NCBI GenBank assembly: GCA_963773005.1
Contig: CAVYZR010000004.1
Coordinates: 20,398-84,397, forward strand
Origin: an uncultured Acidobacteriota bacterium
GTDB taxonomy: Bacteria > Acidobacteriota > Vicinamibacteria > Vicinamibacterales > 2-12-FULL-66-21
Length of the DNA: 64,000 nt
Direction: 5' to 3'
The position numbers and the translations under genes are program-made. Each line of letters begins with the position of its first letter. The stretch's first letter is position 1. Positions 37,748 to 45,523 of the stretch are shown in pieces. Below the pieces are notes generated by a model. It was not told where the DNA came from and searched no databases. It saw only the letters and a list, made by a program, of their open reading frames with translations.

Positions 37748-38298
37748 GTGCACTTCGGTGTCGCGGCGGGCTCGGTCGGGAACAGGTGGTAGTACATCGC
37801 GATCACCATCGGAATGAAGACGATCGTGTTGTAGAAGAGGTGCAGTTCCACTCGCGGAACCCAGAGCTGAACGAGGCTCGTTGGGACCGGGCGATCGAAG
37901 AAATTGTGTCCGGTGAGGGCCTGAATCTGCAGCAGCCCGTGTTCGATGTGGTGGAAAAACTGGATCCCGAGCGCGATCGTCCACCACCGGCGCTCCTTGA
38001 CGTCCGTGAAGCCATTCCGCAGCACGAACAGGCCGACGAGCATGACCAGCGCGTATCCGTAGTGAAGCGTTTCCGACTTCACGAGCCAGGGAAAGAAGTG
38101 CCCGAGAATGCCGCGCGATGCTGGAACAGGCCAGCCAAGCGCGTAGATCTGAAACGCCTGCGTGAGGTGCTCGCCCCAGTGCGCCAGCACGATCACCATG
38201 AACGTGCGGAGAGCCACCTCGTGCCACTCGGCATTCAGCCGCTCGATGAACGGCGCGCTATGACCCGACGGGTAGGCTCCGGCGTGCACTGCCTGCAT
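37711..38298 (-). CDS. Integral membrane protein with His-box motifs (HWGEH, HHIEH), unknown function
   Basis: 195 aa, about 5 hydrophobic segments, two HxxEH-type boxes. I recognise no family. Confidence 0.55.
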   Translation of the reverse strand: MQAVHAGAYPSGHSAPFIERLNAEWHEVALRTFMVIVLAHWGEHLTQAFQIYALGWPVPASRGILGHFFPWLVKSETLHYGYALVMLVGLFVLRNGFTDVKERRWWTIALGIQFFHHIEHGLLQIQALTGHNFFDRPVPTSLVQLWVPRVELHLFYNTIVFIPMVIAMYYHLFPTEPAATPKCTCALHRRAGAAA

Positions 38299-38389
38299 GC
38301 TTCGCGGTCCTCCGAAGATCGGTCCTTTTGCTGCCTAAAACGACATTATTCGAGGCCCGGCCGGAGCGGGCAATAACGTAAACGAACTA

Positions 38390-38566
38390 GGCTCAGGCGC
38401 AAGGCTGAGAGCTCAGGCAAAACCCTGGAGAGCGATTCTCTAGGGTTTTACCTGAGCCTTGAGCCTTGAGTCCTGAGCCGATTCTACCTGAGCCTTGAGC
38501 CCTGAGCCTTGAGCCGCTGCGTTTCTGACCCCTGAGCCTTGAGCCTTGAGCCACGCTCCGTGAGCC
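38390..38566. repeat. H1: heptamer-repeat palindromic element plus two extra direct copies of the right arm
   Basis: Left arm gctcagg/cgcaagg/ctgagag/ctcaggc. Inner palindrome aaaaccctggaga-gcga-ttctctagggtttt. Right arm cctgagc/cttgagc/cttgagt/cctgagc. The motif cctgagccttgagcc recurs at 38487 and 38531. Confidence 0.85.
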
Positions 38567-39312
38567 ATCTCAATCAGAAGCGCTGAAGGTCCGACCAGGA
38601 ACAGGGCATAAAACGGCGCGTAGATGACCTCGTTGAGGCGCAGCAACATTTCCACGAACGCAACCGCAACGACGACCACGATCTGACCCCACCGAGGCCG
38701 GACGGCGACTTTGGGGTCCGTCACCATGAAGAAAATGAAGAGCTGATACATCGGGCCGGTAATTGGCGCGAGCGTCGACTGCCATGGATTGCCAGTGATG
38801 GCGCTGCGAACGAACGCGAACACGACAAACGCGACGACATAGGAGGCGCTGACGTGGAGGCGGCCGACACGCCAGACGATCACGAATCCCAGCAGCCAGA
38901 TGACCGCCATCGGCCACAGGTTGTTGCCCCACTGGATACTGAGGAGCGACACCGTTTGCGGCGCGAGGAAGAGCACGGCGCTGACGCCAAGATTCGACGG
39001 GTTCCACAAGTGCCGGCCGTTCACCTTCAGCACATACTTTGAGAGGATCGAAATCAGGCTCGCAAAGAAGTACGGCCAGAGAAACGGCGATCTGACCAGG
39101 ATGCCGACGCTGATGCCAGAGATGTAGGCGCTCGCCGGGTGCAGCCACGTGCCGTACGTGATCCGCCCTAGGGCGAGCTCGGCGCCGATGGCCGTGACGA
39201 TGGCGAGGGCGGTCCGCTCGTACGCTTCGAGGATGCCGAAATTGAGGTGCGCCGTGACCAGGATGCACGTGATGAGGATCGGCGGCAGCAACCGGTTATC
39301 GAGCTTCATCAC
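38440..39312 (-). CDS. RnfD/NqrB-like polytopic membrane protein (possibly UnbU-like)
   Basis: GRHLWNPSNLG and FFMVTDPKV resemble RnfD/NqrB signatures. About 8 TM segments. ATGA overlap with the CRTAC1 gene. The last ~35 codons (LKAQGSG...LKAQVKP) are read out of the H1 repeat, so the true C-terminus is uncertain. Confidence 0.7.
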   Translation of the reverse strand: MMKLDNRLLPPILITCILVTAHLNFGILEAYERTALAIVTAIGAELALGRITYGTWLHPASAYISGISVGILVRSPFLWPYFFASLISILSKYVLKVNGRHLWNPSNLGVSAVLFLAPQTVSLLSIQWGNNLWPMAVIWLLGFVIVWRVGRLHVSASYVVAFVVFAFVRSAITGNPWQSTLAPITGPMYQLFIFFMVTDPKVAVRPRWGQIVVVVAVAFVEMLLRLNEVIYAPFYALFLVGPSALLIEMAHGAWLKAQGSGVRNAAAQGSGLKAQVESAQDSRLKAQVKP

Positions 39313-41099
39313 CGGGATTCCTTCACGCGATGAAGACGGTCGGCCGCGGGCCGTTCAATAGTTTCGGTGCGACCCGAGGGCCACCGAATCGTGACTTTAC
39401 CGACCTCGGCGGTCGATCCGAGACCAAAGTGGAGCCGGCGCTGATTCTGGGCGCTGAAGCCGCTCCCGCCGCTGACCTCCTGCACTTGCCGCTGGCCGTT
39501 CCACTCGACTTCCACGCGGGCGCCGATCGCGCTGCGATTGCTGGCGGTGCCCTCGAGCTCGAATGCAATCCAGTGCCTGCCCGGGCTGACCGTGTTGGCA
39601 TACACGAGGAGCGGGCCGCGCTGATTCGCGACAATCACGTCGAGGGTGCCGCGGTTCGACAAATCCGCGAGGGCGACCGCGCGCCCGTCATGCGTGTCGC
39701 GTGCGCCGACGTCCTGCGCGACCTCGGAGAACCGGCCTGCGCCGTCGTTTAGCCACAACCGTTTTTGCTGATACCCGGACAGGCTCCGTCCTCGCATCGG
39801 CGGCCAGTTGCTGGCGTCGGCGATGATCCGCTTGTGGCCGACGGCAATCTCCGCGAAGTCGTACCAGTAGCTGGTGCGCTCGCCAGCCGACACATAACCG
39901 TTGACGAGGTACAGATCGAGCGTGCCATCGTTGTTCAAGTCACCGAACTGCGCGCCCCAGCTCCAGCCGCCGAGGTCGACGCCGAGCGTCGACGCGAGAT
40001 TCTCGAACTCGAGCCCTGCGCCTGCGGCGCGCGCCTTGGGCACCCACAGATCGTTTGCCTGCACCAGCACGCCGGGTTCGGAGATATTCGTCTTGTAAAT
40101 CGATAGCCGGCCGTCGTTGAAGATATCGCCGACGGACGCGTTCATGCCGCTTTTCGGCGTGCGGCCAACGCCACTCTCCGGACCGACCTCCACGAACTTC
40201 CGGCCGCCCTGGTTGGTATAGAGCTGGGCAATCCCGTAGTCGTTGGCGAGAAACAAATCCGGATACCCGGTTCCAGAGAGATCGGCGGCCGCCGCGGCTA
40301 GAGTCCAACGCCGCGACTGGATCCCGAGCGCCGCCGAGGTCTCCTCGAACGTACCATCGTGGCGATTCCGGAATACGTACTTGCGCCCGCCATTCTCCGC
40401 GTACTCGAAGCTCTCGGGCATGATGCGCGTGGTCTTCAAGTGCCAGAGATCGATATCCTCGGACCAGTAGCCCGCGACAAACAGATCGAGCCACCCATCG
40501 GCATCGTAGTCCCACCAGATCGCCGCGTTGGCGTTGACCCAGGCTGGGAAGCCGGCGCGTTCAGACACCCGCACGAAACCCCGTCCACCGTCGTTTCGGA
40601 ACAGCTCGGGCCGGCCGTACTTGTAGAGAAACAGATCCTCGTAGCCATCGTTGTCGAAGTCGCCCCAAAGGGCGCCCATCGACACGCCGGTGCCGGCGCG
40701 GTTGACGTCGGCCACACCCATCGCTCCAGCGACATCGATGAACGTTCCGTCGCCCTTGTTGCGGTAGAGGCGATTGAGGCTGCCCTCGGCGCTGTTCGTG
40801 ACGTAGAGGTCCTGCCACCCGTCGCGGTCGAAGTCGCCGACGGCGACTGCCGCACCCATCGCGGCGATCTGCGGCATGATGTGATCGAGACGCTTGTCGA
40901 ACGTCGGCGCCTGGTGCACGAAATCGATCCCCACGCGCGTGGCCGATTCCTCGAGTCGAAAGCCGTGGCGCGCGACATCTTCTCGATTCACGTCGCTCGC
41001 GCGCACACGGGCCGTCGAGCGGTTGAGCGCCACGACCGCGGCCAGCGATGCCACCAACAGCATCGTCCACACCACCCAGAGCGCGCGCTGGCGGCTCAT
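39309..41099 (-). CDS. CRTAC1-family protein (FG-GAP/VCBS repeats plus ASPIC/UnbV domain)
   Basis: Signal/TM segment MSRQRALWVVWTMLLVASLAAVVAL. Repeated GDFDRDGWQDLYV / WDYDADGWLDLFV units. ASPIC-type C-terminus HWIAFELEGTASNRSAIGARVEV...HFGLGS...VTIRWPSG. I moved the start to ATG 41099 because the upstream 40 codons are read out of hairpin H4. Confidence 0.9.
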   Translation of the reverse strand: MSRQRALWVVWTMLLVASLAAVVALNRSTARVRASDVNREDVARHGFRLEESATRVGIDFVHQAPTFDKRLDHIMPQIAAMGAAVAVGDFDRDGWQDLYVTNSAEGSLNRLYRNKGDGTFIDVAGAMGVADVNRAGTGVSMGALWGDFDNDGYEDLFLYKYGRPELFRNDGGRGFVRVSERAGFPAWVNANAAIWWDYDADGWLDLFVAGYWSEDIDLWHLKTTRIMPESFEYAENGGRKYVFRNRHDGTFEETSAALGIQSRRWTLAAAAADLSGTGYPDLFLANDYGIAQLYTNQGGRKFVEVGPESGVGRTPKSGMNASVGDIFNDGRLSIYKTNISEPGVLVQANDLWVPKARAAGAGLEFENLASTLGVDLGGWSWGAQFGDLNNDGTLDLYLVNGYVSAGERTSYWYDFAEIAVGHKRIIADASNWPPMRGRSLSGYQQKRLWLNDGAGRFSEVAQDVGARDTHDGRAVALADLSNRGTLDVIVANQRGPLLVYANTVSPGRHWIAFELEGTASNRSAIGARVEVEWNGQRQVQEVSGGSGFSAQNQRRLHFGLGSTAEVGKVTIRWPSGRTETIERPAADRLHRVKESR

Positions 41100-41127
41100 G
41101 TGACATTCCTCGCGTGCAAAAAGCATT

Positions 41128-41202
41128 TCACCGCTGAGCACGCAGAGGCCGCAGAGACATCTAAGTGGTTTCTCTGCGTTCTCAGCGCCCTCCGCGGTGA
41201 GA
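41128..41202. repeat. H4: palindromic element with 9-nt periodic arms
   Basis: tcaccgctga/gcacgcaga/ggccgcaga-ga, loop catctaagtggtt, then tctctgcgt/tctcagcgc/cctccgcgg/tgaga. The arms are imperfectly complementary. Confidence 0.75.
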
Positions 41203-41238
41203 AGCTTTCCCAGTGACAACCGTGGGGGTTAGCGCGAG

Positions 41239-44200
41239 TCATCGATGCCTCGCATTCCCTGCCATCGCCAGCCCGGCGAGAAACGCGTCGGGCGATACAA
41301 ACCGAGTATGGAAAGTCTGCCAATCATCGCGATGGCGTTGATACACCGGATCCTCTTCGAGTGTCGGCGTCGCCGTTGCGGCCTTGTAGTCGGGACTTCC
41401 GTGGGCTGGAAGCGGCAGTACGGTCTTCGAGAAGCTGGTGTTGAAGTCGCCGTCCTTGACCCAGCCGTCGCCGATGAGCACGAAATCCCTGGCCCAGCCC
41501 TTCGGCGGTGGTGGCAAGGCTGAGAACGCCAGCCGCAACTCGTCACCCGCGTTCATGATCACGTACCGATCGTCGACGCCGGCCAGGAGCTCGCGGACAT
41601 CGCCAAACTTCGTGTAGTAGCCGACCAGGTCACGCCAGCGCTGGACCGTGTTGGCGATCCGATCGTAGATCGGGATTTCGGGCTCGTCACGCTTCTCGCT
41701 CCGGGTTACCGAAAAACCTCGATACGCGAGGTCGGCCCGTGCCGGATCGAGCCGCAGGCTCTTGATCGGCGCATCGCCCACCCCGATGGCAAATCCGAGT
41801 GAGTCCCAGTAGATCTCCAGATTGGTCCTCAGCCGCAACCGGCGCGCACCCGAAACGCCGGCGCGCGCGACGCGACCGAGATCGATCAGGATCGTCTTGT
41901 TCTTTCCAGCCGGAAACCCGAGATCCGGCGCCACGACGATCCAACGGCCGGTGGCATCCTGTGCTTCCAGGGACAGCCCGCGAGGTTTTTGCTGCTCGCC
42001 CTGAGCAATCGCCACGTTGATACTGCTGTCGGTCGGATACACGAACCCGTGAGCGACGAGCCACGTCGGCGCATGCTGAGAGACCTCAGCGCCGAGCTCG
42101 AATTCCACGAAATGATCGACGGCCACACCTTGATAGCGGCCGCGCTCGAACGTGCCCAGATAGCGCCCGTCCTGCCGGCTGACGAGATCGGTCACGTCGC
42201 GACCGGTCTCATCCCAGGCGTGCGTGACCGGCTGAACGGGACGCGTCGCCCGGACCGCCAGCGCCGGCGACTCGCGCGCGAACCTTTCGTCGACGAACAC
42301 CGCGATCTCCTCGGGCCGATCGACCACCATCAGCGCTACGTGATCCACGAAATGGGTTTCCCACAGCTCCGCGGTAATCCTCACGTCGTATGCGCCATCG
42401 CGCGCGACGAGCTGATCGCCGCGGATCTTCACCCAATCCTCGGTCTGCGTGACGCCGGCAGTATCCTGCGCGTTGATCCGCAACCCGAGCGGCGATCGCC
42501 ACAGAAAATCTGTCACGAACCGCATCCCGTTCCCATCGTCGGCAAAGATCCACGGGCACGATCCCTTGAGCCGCTGCTGCGCGACGATCGGTCGATCGAC
42601 GGCTGGATCGAACTCGGCCTGGAACACGCCGTTCGGCCAGACGATGCGCGTCACATCGATGCTCGTGCGTGTGCCCAACCCAACGTGGACGGTTGCCGCG
42701 GCAATCGTTTGTTTTTGGACCAACAACCCCGATCTCACTTCGACTTCCCCGCCGATGCCGAACGAGTTGATCCGCTGGTCGCCAGCCGCCGTCTGCGCGC
42801 GTGGACGAACGACCTGATGGTGATACCCGCGCGTCCCCCGGCCGTTCAAGCGCACCGCGCGACCTCCTGACAATCCAACGAGGTCGAGTTGACCGTCAGC
42901 GGACAAGTCGAGAACGTTCCAGATGTCGGCGTCGATGAGAGTATTCAACCGCTGGAGCGTTCGACTTTCTTTCGACAGCCAGATGGCCGTAGGAGCCGGA
43001 CCGGACACCACGAGATCGAGGGCGCCGTTGTTGTCGAGATCGGCAAGAAATAGCCGCGCCGGACTCGAAGACTTTCCTGGCTCCAGTTCCGGCCACGCGG
43101 TCCACGGCTCCTGGTTCCACCTTTGGGAGACGAGCGACGCGCGTCGAATCGCCCCGAGGGTCTCGAGCGTGACGAGGTCAAGTGCGCCGTCGGCGTTGAC
43201 GTCTCCGATGGCGAGAGCCAGATAGCCTTTCTCGCGGCTCGGGGGGCCCGCCAACCGCTTGAACTGTCCAGCCTGGAGGTTGGCGAACACCTGAAGTGCA
43301 CCGCTCTCGTCGATCGCTGCCGCATCGGGATCGCCATCGCCGTCGATGTCGCCCCACACGAAGGCCCGAACGCCGGTCGCGTCGGGAAACGGCTGGAGCG
43401 GCCGCCACGTCCCATCGCCGTTGTTCCTGAGCACAATCGTCGTCGCCGCGCGAACACCAACGACAATGTCCAGGTCACCGTCCATCTCGACGTCGGCGGC
43501 CCAGACTCCTGTCGCATCCACCGCGGCCGGCCCGCCGGCTCCCGAGGCGCGCGACGTCTCGTCGGTGAACGCGCCGTCAGCGGACTGGATGAACAGGCGC
43601 ACGCCAGCTGGGCCTGCGGCGACGAGGTCCATCCTGAAATCGTGATTCCAGTCGAGTGCGAGCAGGCTCGTGATGCCCGCCGCGACTCCCGGAAACGGCG
43701 GCGATGCCGCCGCTGGTTCCAGCCGATGCACCTGCTGAGGATCGGTGGCGAACAGGACCGGACGCTGCTCGCCGTCGAGCGAAAAAGCCGCCAGCGCACT
43801 GAGCGACGTCGGCGCGCCGCCGATGATCTCGGGTGTAAACGCGAGCGCGGTGTCTGCAGCGGACGGTGTCGCGATGGGCGTCGCCAGCCGCAGGAAGCGT
43901 GTAAACGGCTCGGCAATGAGCTCGGCCGATGGCGTCACCAGCTGACGACTCTCGCGGAACGTGGGCACGCGCGCGAGGACATTGCGAAGAAACGCGATCG
44001 CACGCGTTGTGTCGGACGCATTCCCCGCGCCGAGCGTCTGCTGCAGGGCCCGGTATCGCTCCACGACTTCAGGAGGCCAGCCGCCAACGAACTTCTCGAG
44101 CCGGCTGACCGAGTCCCTTACCATCGCCGCGTCGCCGCGCTTGGCGGCGAGCCTGGCACGCTCGACGAGCACCGCGGGGTTCTCGGGTTGAAGCGAGAAC

Positions 44201-44724
44201 AGCTCTTCGAGCAGGCGCTGCGCCTCGGCGTCGGCATCAGCCCCGGCGGCGTTCTCGACCTCCTGAATGAGCGCCGTGCGAGCGTAAAGACTTCGAGGGT
44301 CGAGCTCGACAGCGCGGCGGAGCTCGGCGATCGCCTCGTCACGCCGTCCGCGTGACGTTTCGAGCCGGCCGATCAGAAACCGGACCTCGCTCGACGAGGG
44401 TGAAAGGGCCGCTGCGCGTTCGAGCACCGGTCCTGCGGCGTCGAATTCACCGAGCCGCAAGTGCGCCAGCCCCAGGTTCGCCCACGACGCGGGCTCGCCC
44501 GGCGCAAGGGCCGTCGCCTGCGTGAACTCCTGCTTGGCAGCGTCGACCAGGCCCACCTGCAGCGCCGCCAGGCCGCGGAAGAACCGGCGCGTGGTCTGCT
44601 CGTACGCCTCCGAACCCGGCGACGGAAGCCCAGCGCGCCGCTTGACCGCAACGTAGCTGGCGAGCCCGGCCCCGACGGCGAGCGTCAAGGCAAGCACCAC
44701 CCAGAGCTTCCGTAGAGGCGTCAT
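41239..44724 (-). CDS. Giant TPR, FG-GAP/VCBS beta-propeller, ASPIC/UnbV protein with a ~480-aa C-terminal extension
   Basis: N-terminal TM helix, then TPR-like repeats. FG-GAP units (DWNHDFRMDLV, DVEMDGDLDIVV, GDIDGDGDPDAA, GDVNADGALDLV, ADLDNNGALDLVV). ASPIC box INSFGIGGEVEV...VGLGT...VTRIVWPNG. Then SCPWIFADDGNGMRFVTDFLW.... It is a paralogue of 49319..52714. Confidence 0.85.
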   Translation of the reverse strand: MTPLRKLWVVLALTLAVGAGLASYVAVKRRAGLPSPGSEAYEQTTRRFFRGLAALQVGLVDAAKQEFTQATALAPGEPASWANLGLAHLRLGEFDAAGPVLERAAALSPSSSEVRFLIGRLETSRGRRDEAIAELRRAVELDPRSLYARTALIQEVENAAGADADAEAQRLLEELFSLQPENPAVLVERARLAAKRGDAAMVRDSVSRLEKFVGGWPPEVVERYRALQQTLGAGNASDTTRAIAFLRNVLARVPTFRESRQLVTPSAELIAEPFTRFLRLATPIATPSAADTALAFTPEIIGGAPTSLSALAAFSLDGEQRPVLFATDPQQVHRLEPAAASPPFPGVAAGITSLLALDWNHDFRMDLVAAGPAGVRLFIQSADGAFTDETSRASGAGGPAAVDATGVWAADVEMDGDLDIVVGVRAATTIVLRNNGDGTWRPLQPFPDATGVRAFVWGDIDGDGDPDAAAIDESGALQVFANLQAGQFKRLAGPPSREKGYLALAIGDVNADGALDLVTLETLGAIRRASLVSQRWNQEPWTAWPELEPGKSSSPARLFLADLDNNGALDLVVSGPAPTAIWLSKESRTLQRLNTLIDADIWNVLDLSADGQLDLVGLSGGRAVRLNGRGTRGYHHQVVRPRAQTAAGDQRINSFGIGGEVEVRSGLLVQKQTIAAATVHVGLGTRTSIDVTRIVWPNGVFQAEFDPAVDRPIVAQQRLKGSCPWIFADDGNGMRFVTDFLWRSPLGLRINAQDTAGVTQTEDWVKIRGDQLVARDGAYDVRITAELWETHFVDHVALMVVDRPEEIAVFVDERFARESPALAVRATRPVQPVTHAWDETGRDVTDLVSRQDGRYLGTFERGRYQGVAVDHFVEFELGAEVSQHAPTWLVAHGFVYPTDSSINVAIAQGEQQKPRGLSLEAQDATGRWIVVAPDLGFPAGKNKTILIDLGRVARAGVSGARRLRLRTNLEIYWDSLGFAIGVGDAPIKSLRLDPARADLAYRGFSVTRSEKRDEPEIPIYDRIANTVQRWRDLVGYYTKFGDVRELLAGVDDRYVIMNAGDELRLAFSALPPPPKGWARDFVLIGDGWVKDGDFNTSFSKTVLPLPAHGSPDYKAATATPTLEEDPVYQRHRDDWQTFHTRFVSPDAFLAGLAMAGNARHR

Positions 44725-45290
44725 TCTCGAACCGGCGTCGAGTAGTCCCGATTGACGTAGCCCAGTTCCGTTGTCCTTTTGCCGGCCTCCGTGTAGAACA
44801 CCGGGTTCCTCGGCTGCCAGGTTCCAAGGCCGTCGACATAGCGATTGAACATGCAGAACGCGGCCGCAATCAGGACGACGTCGTGAATTTCCTGGTCGGT
44901 CGCACCCTCCTGCCGCGCTCGGGCGACGTCCTCTGCCGTCACGTGCTTGCCGTTCTGCTGCACGTGACCGGCGATCGCGAGCAGCGCCTTCATCTTCGCG
45001 GATATCTCAGCACTCTCGGCGTCCTTCTTCACGTGGTCGACGAGAACGTAGTCGACCGGTGCGCCCCCCATGTACTCGGCCGCGATAGCGCCGTGTACGC
45101 TTTGGCAATAGTGACACTCGTTCCTGAACGACACGTGCGTGGCGATCAGCTCTCGTTCCGCGCGCGTCAGCGTGCTTGGACCGCGCAGGAGCACTTCAGC
45201 GAGTTCGCCGATCGGCTTCGCTGTCGCCGGGCTGTAGGTCAGGAGCCCCCGGATACCCGGCAAGCCGTCAGGAAGCTTGATATGCGCCAT
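44721..45290 (-). CDS. AhpD/carboxymuconolactone-decarboxylase-family peroxidase-related protein
   Basis: MAHIKLPDGLPGIRGLL..., with the CxxC motif in FRNECHYCQSVHG. Its stop overlaps the giant gene's start (ATGA). The ORF-track N-terminal extension runs into the M-element. Confidence 0.75.
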   Translation of the reverse strand: MAHIKLPDGLPGIRGLLTYSPATAKPIGELAEVLLRGPSTLTRAERELIATHVSFRNECHYCQSVHGAIAAEYMGGAPVDYVLVDHVKKDAESAEISAKMKALLAIAGHVQQNGKHVTAEDVARARQEGATDQEIHDVVLIAAAFCMFNRYVDGLGTWQPRNPVFYTEAGKRTTELGYVNRDYSTPVRE

Positions 45291-45344
45291 CGGCGCACTG
45301 TAAGGACGTGCCGGTTGTGGCAGCAATAGTATGGAAGCACTAGA

Positions 45345-45504
45345 TCTCATAACCAGGGCAAAGCTGAACGCGCCGACGGCCAAGGTTCACGATGAACACG
45401 ATGACCCGATGAACACGAAGAGTGCCTCTCTACAGATCCATCGTGAACATCGTGTCATCGTGAGCATCGTGTTGCAACGTGGTGTCGTGACAGCATTTAT
45501 GAGA
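45345..45504 (+). repeat. M-element copy 2 (MITE-like)
   Basis: Terminal inverted repeat tctcataa...ttatgaga. The core is gaacgcgccgacggc-ggttcacgatgaacacgatgacccgatgaacacgaagag-loop-ccatcgtgaacatcgtgtcatcgtg. Confidence 0.85.
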
Positions 45505-45523
45505 TGGCTTCTGGCGCTCGGGG

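Noticed and set aside
38451-38566. A possible mini CRISPR array (three repeats of cctgagccttgagcc with short spacers).
   Set aside because: The repeats are about 23-29 nt but internally heptameric, the spacers are only 7-15 nt, there are no cas genes, and the same motif forms palindromes elsewhere.
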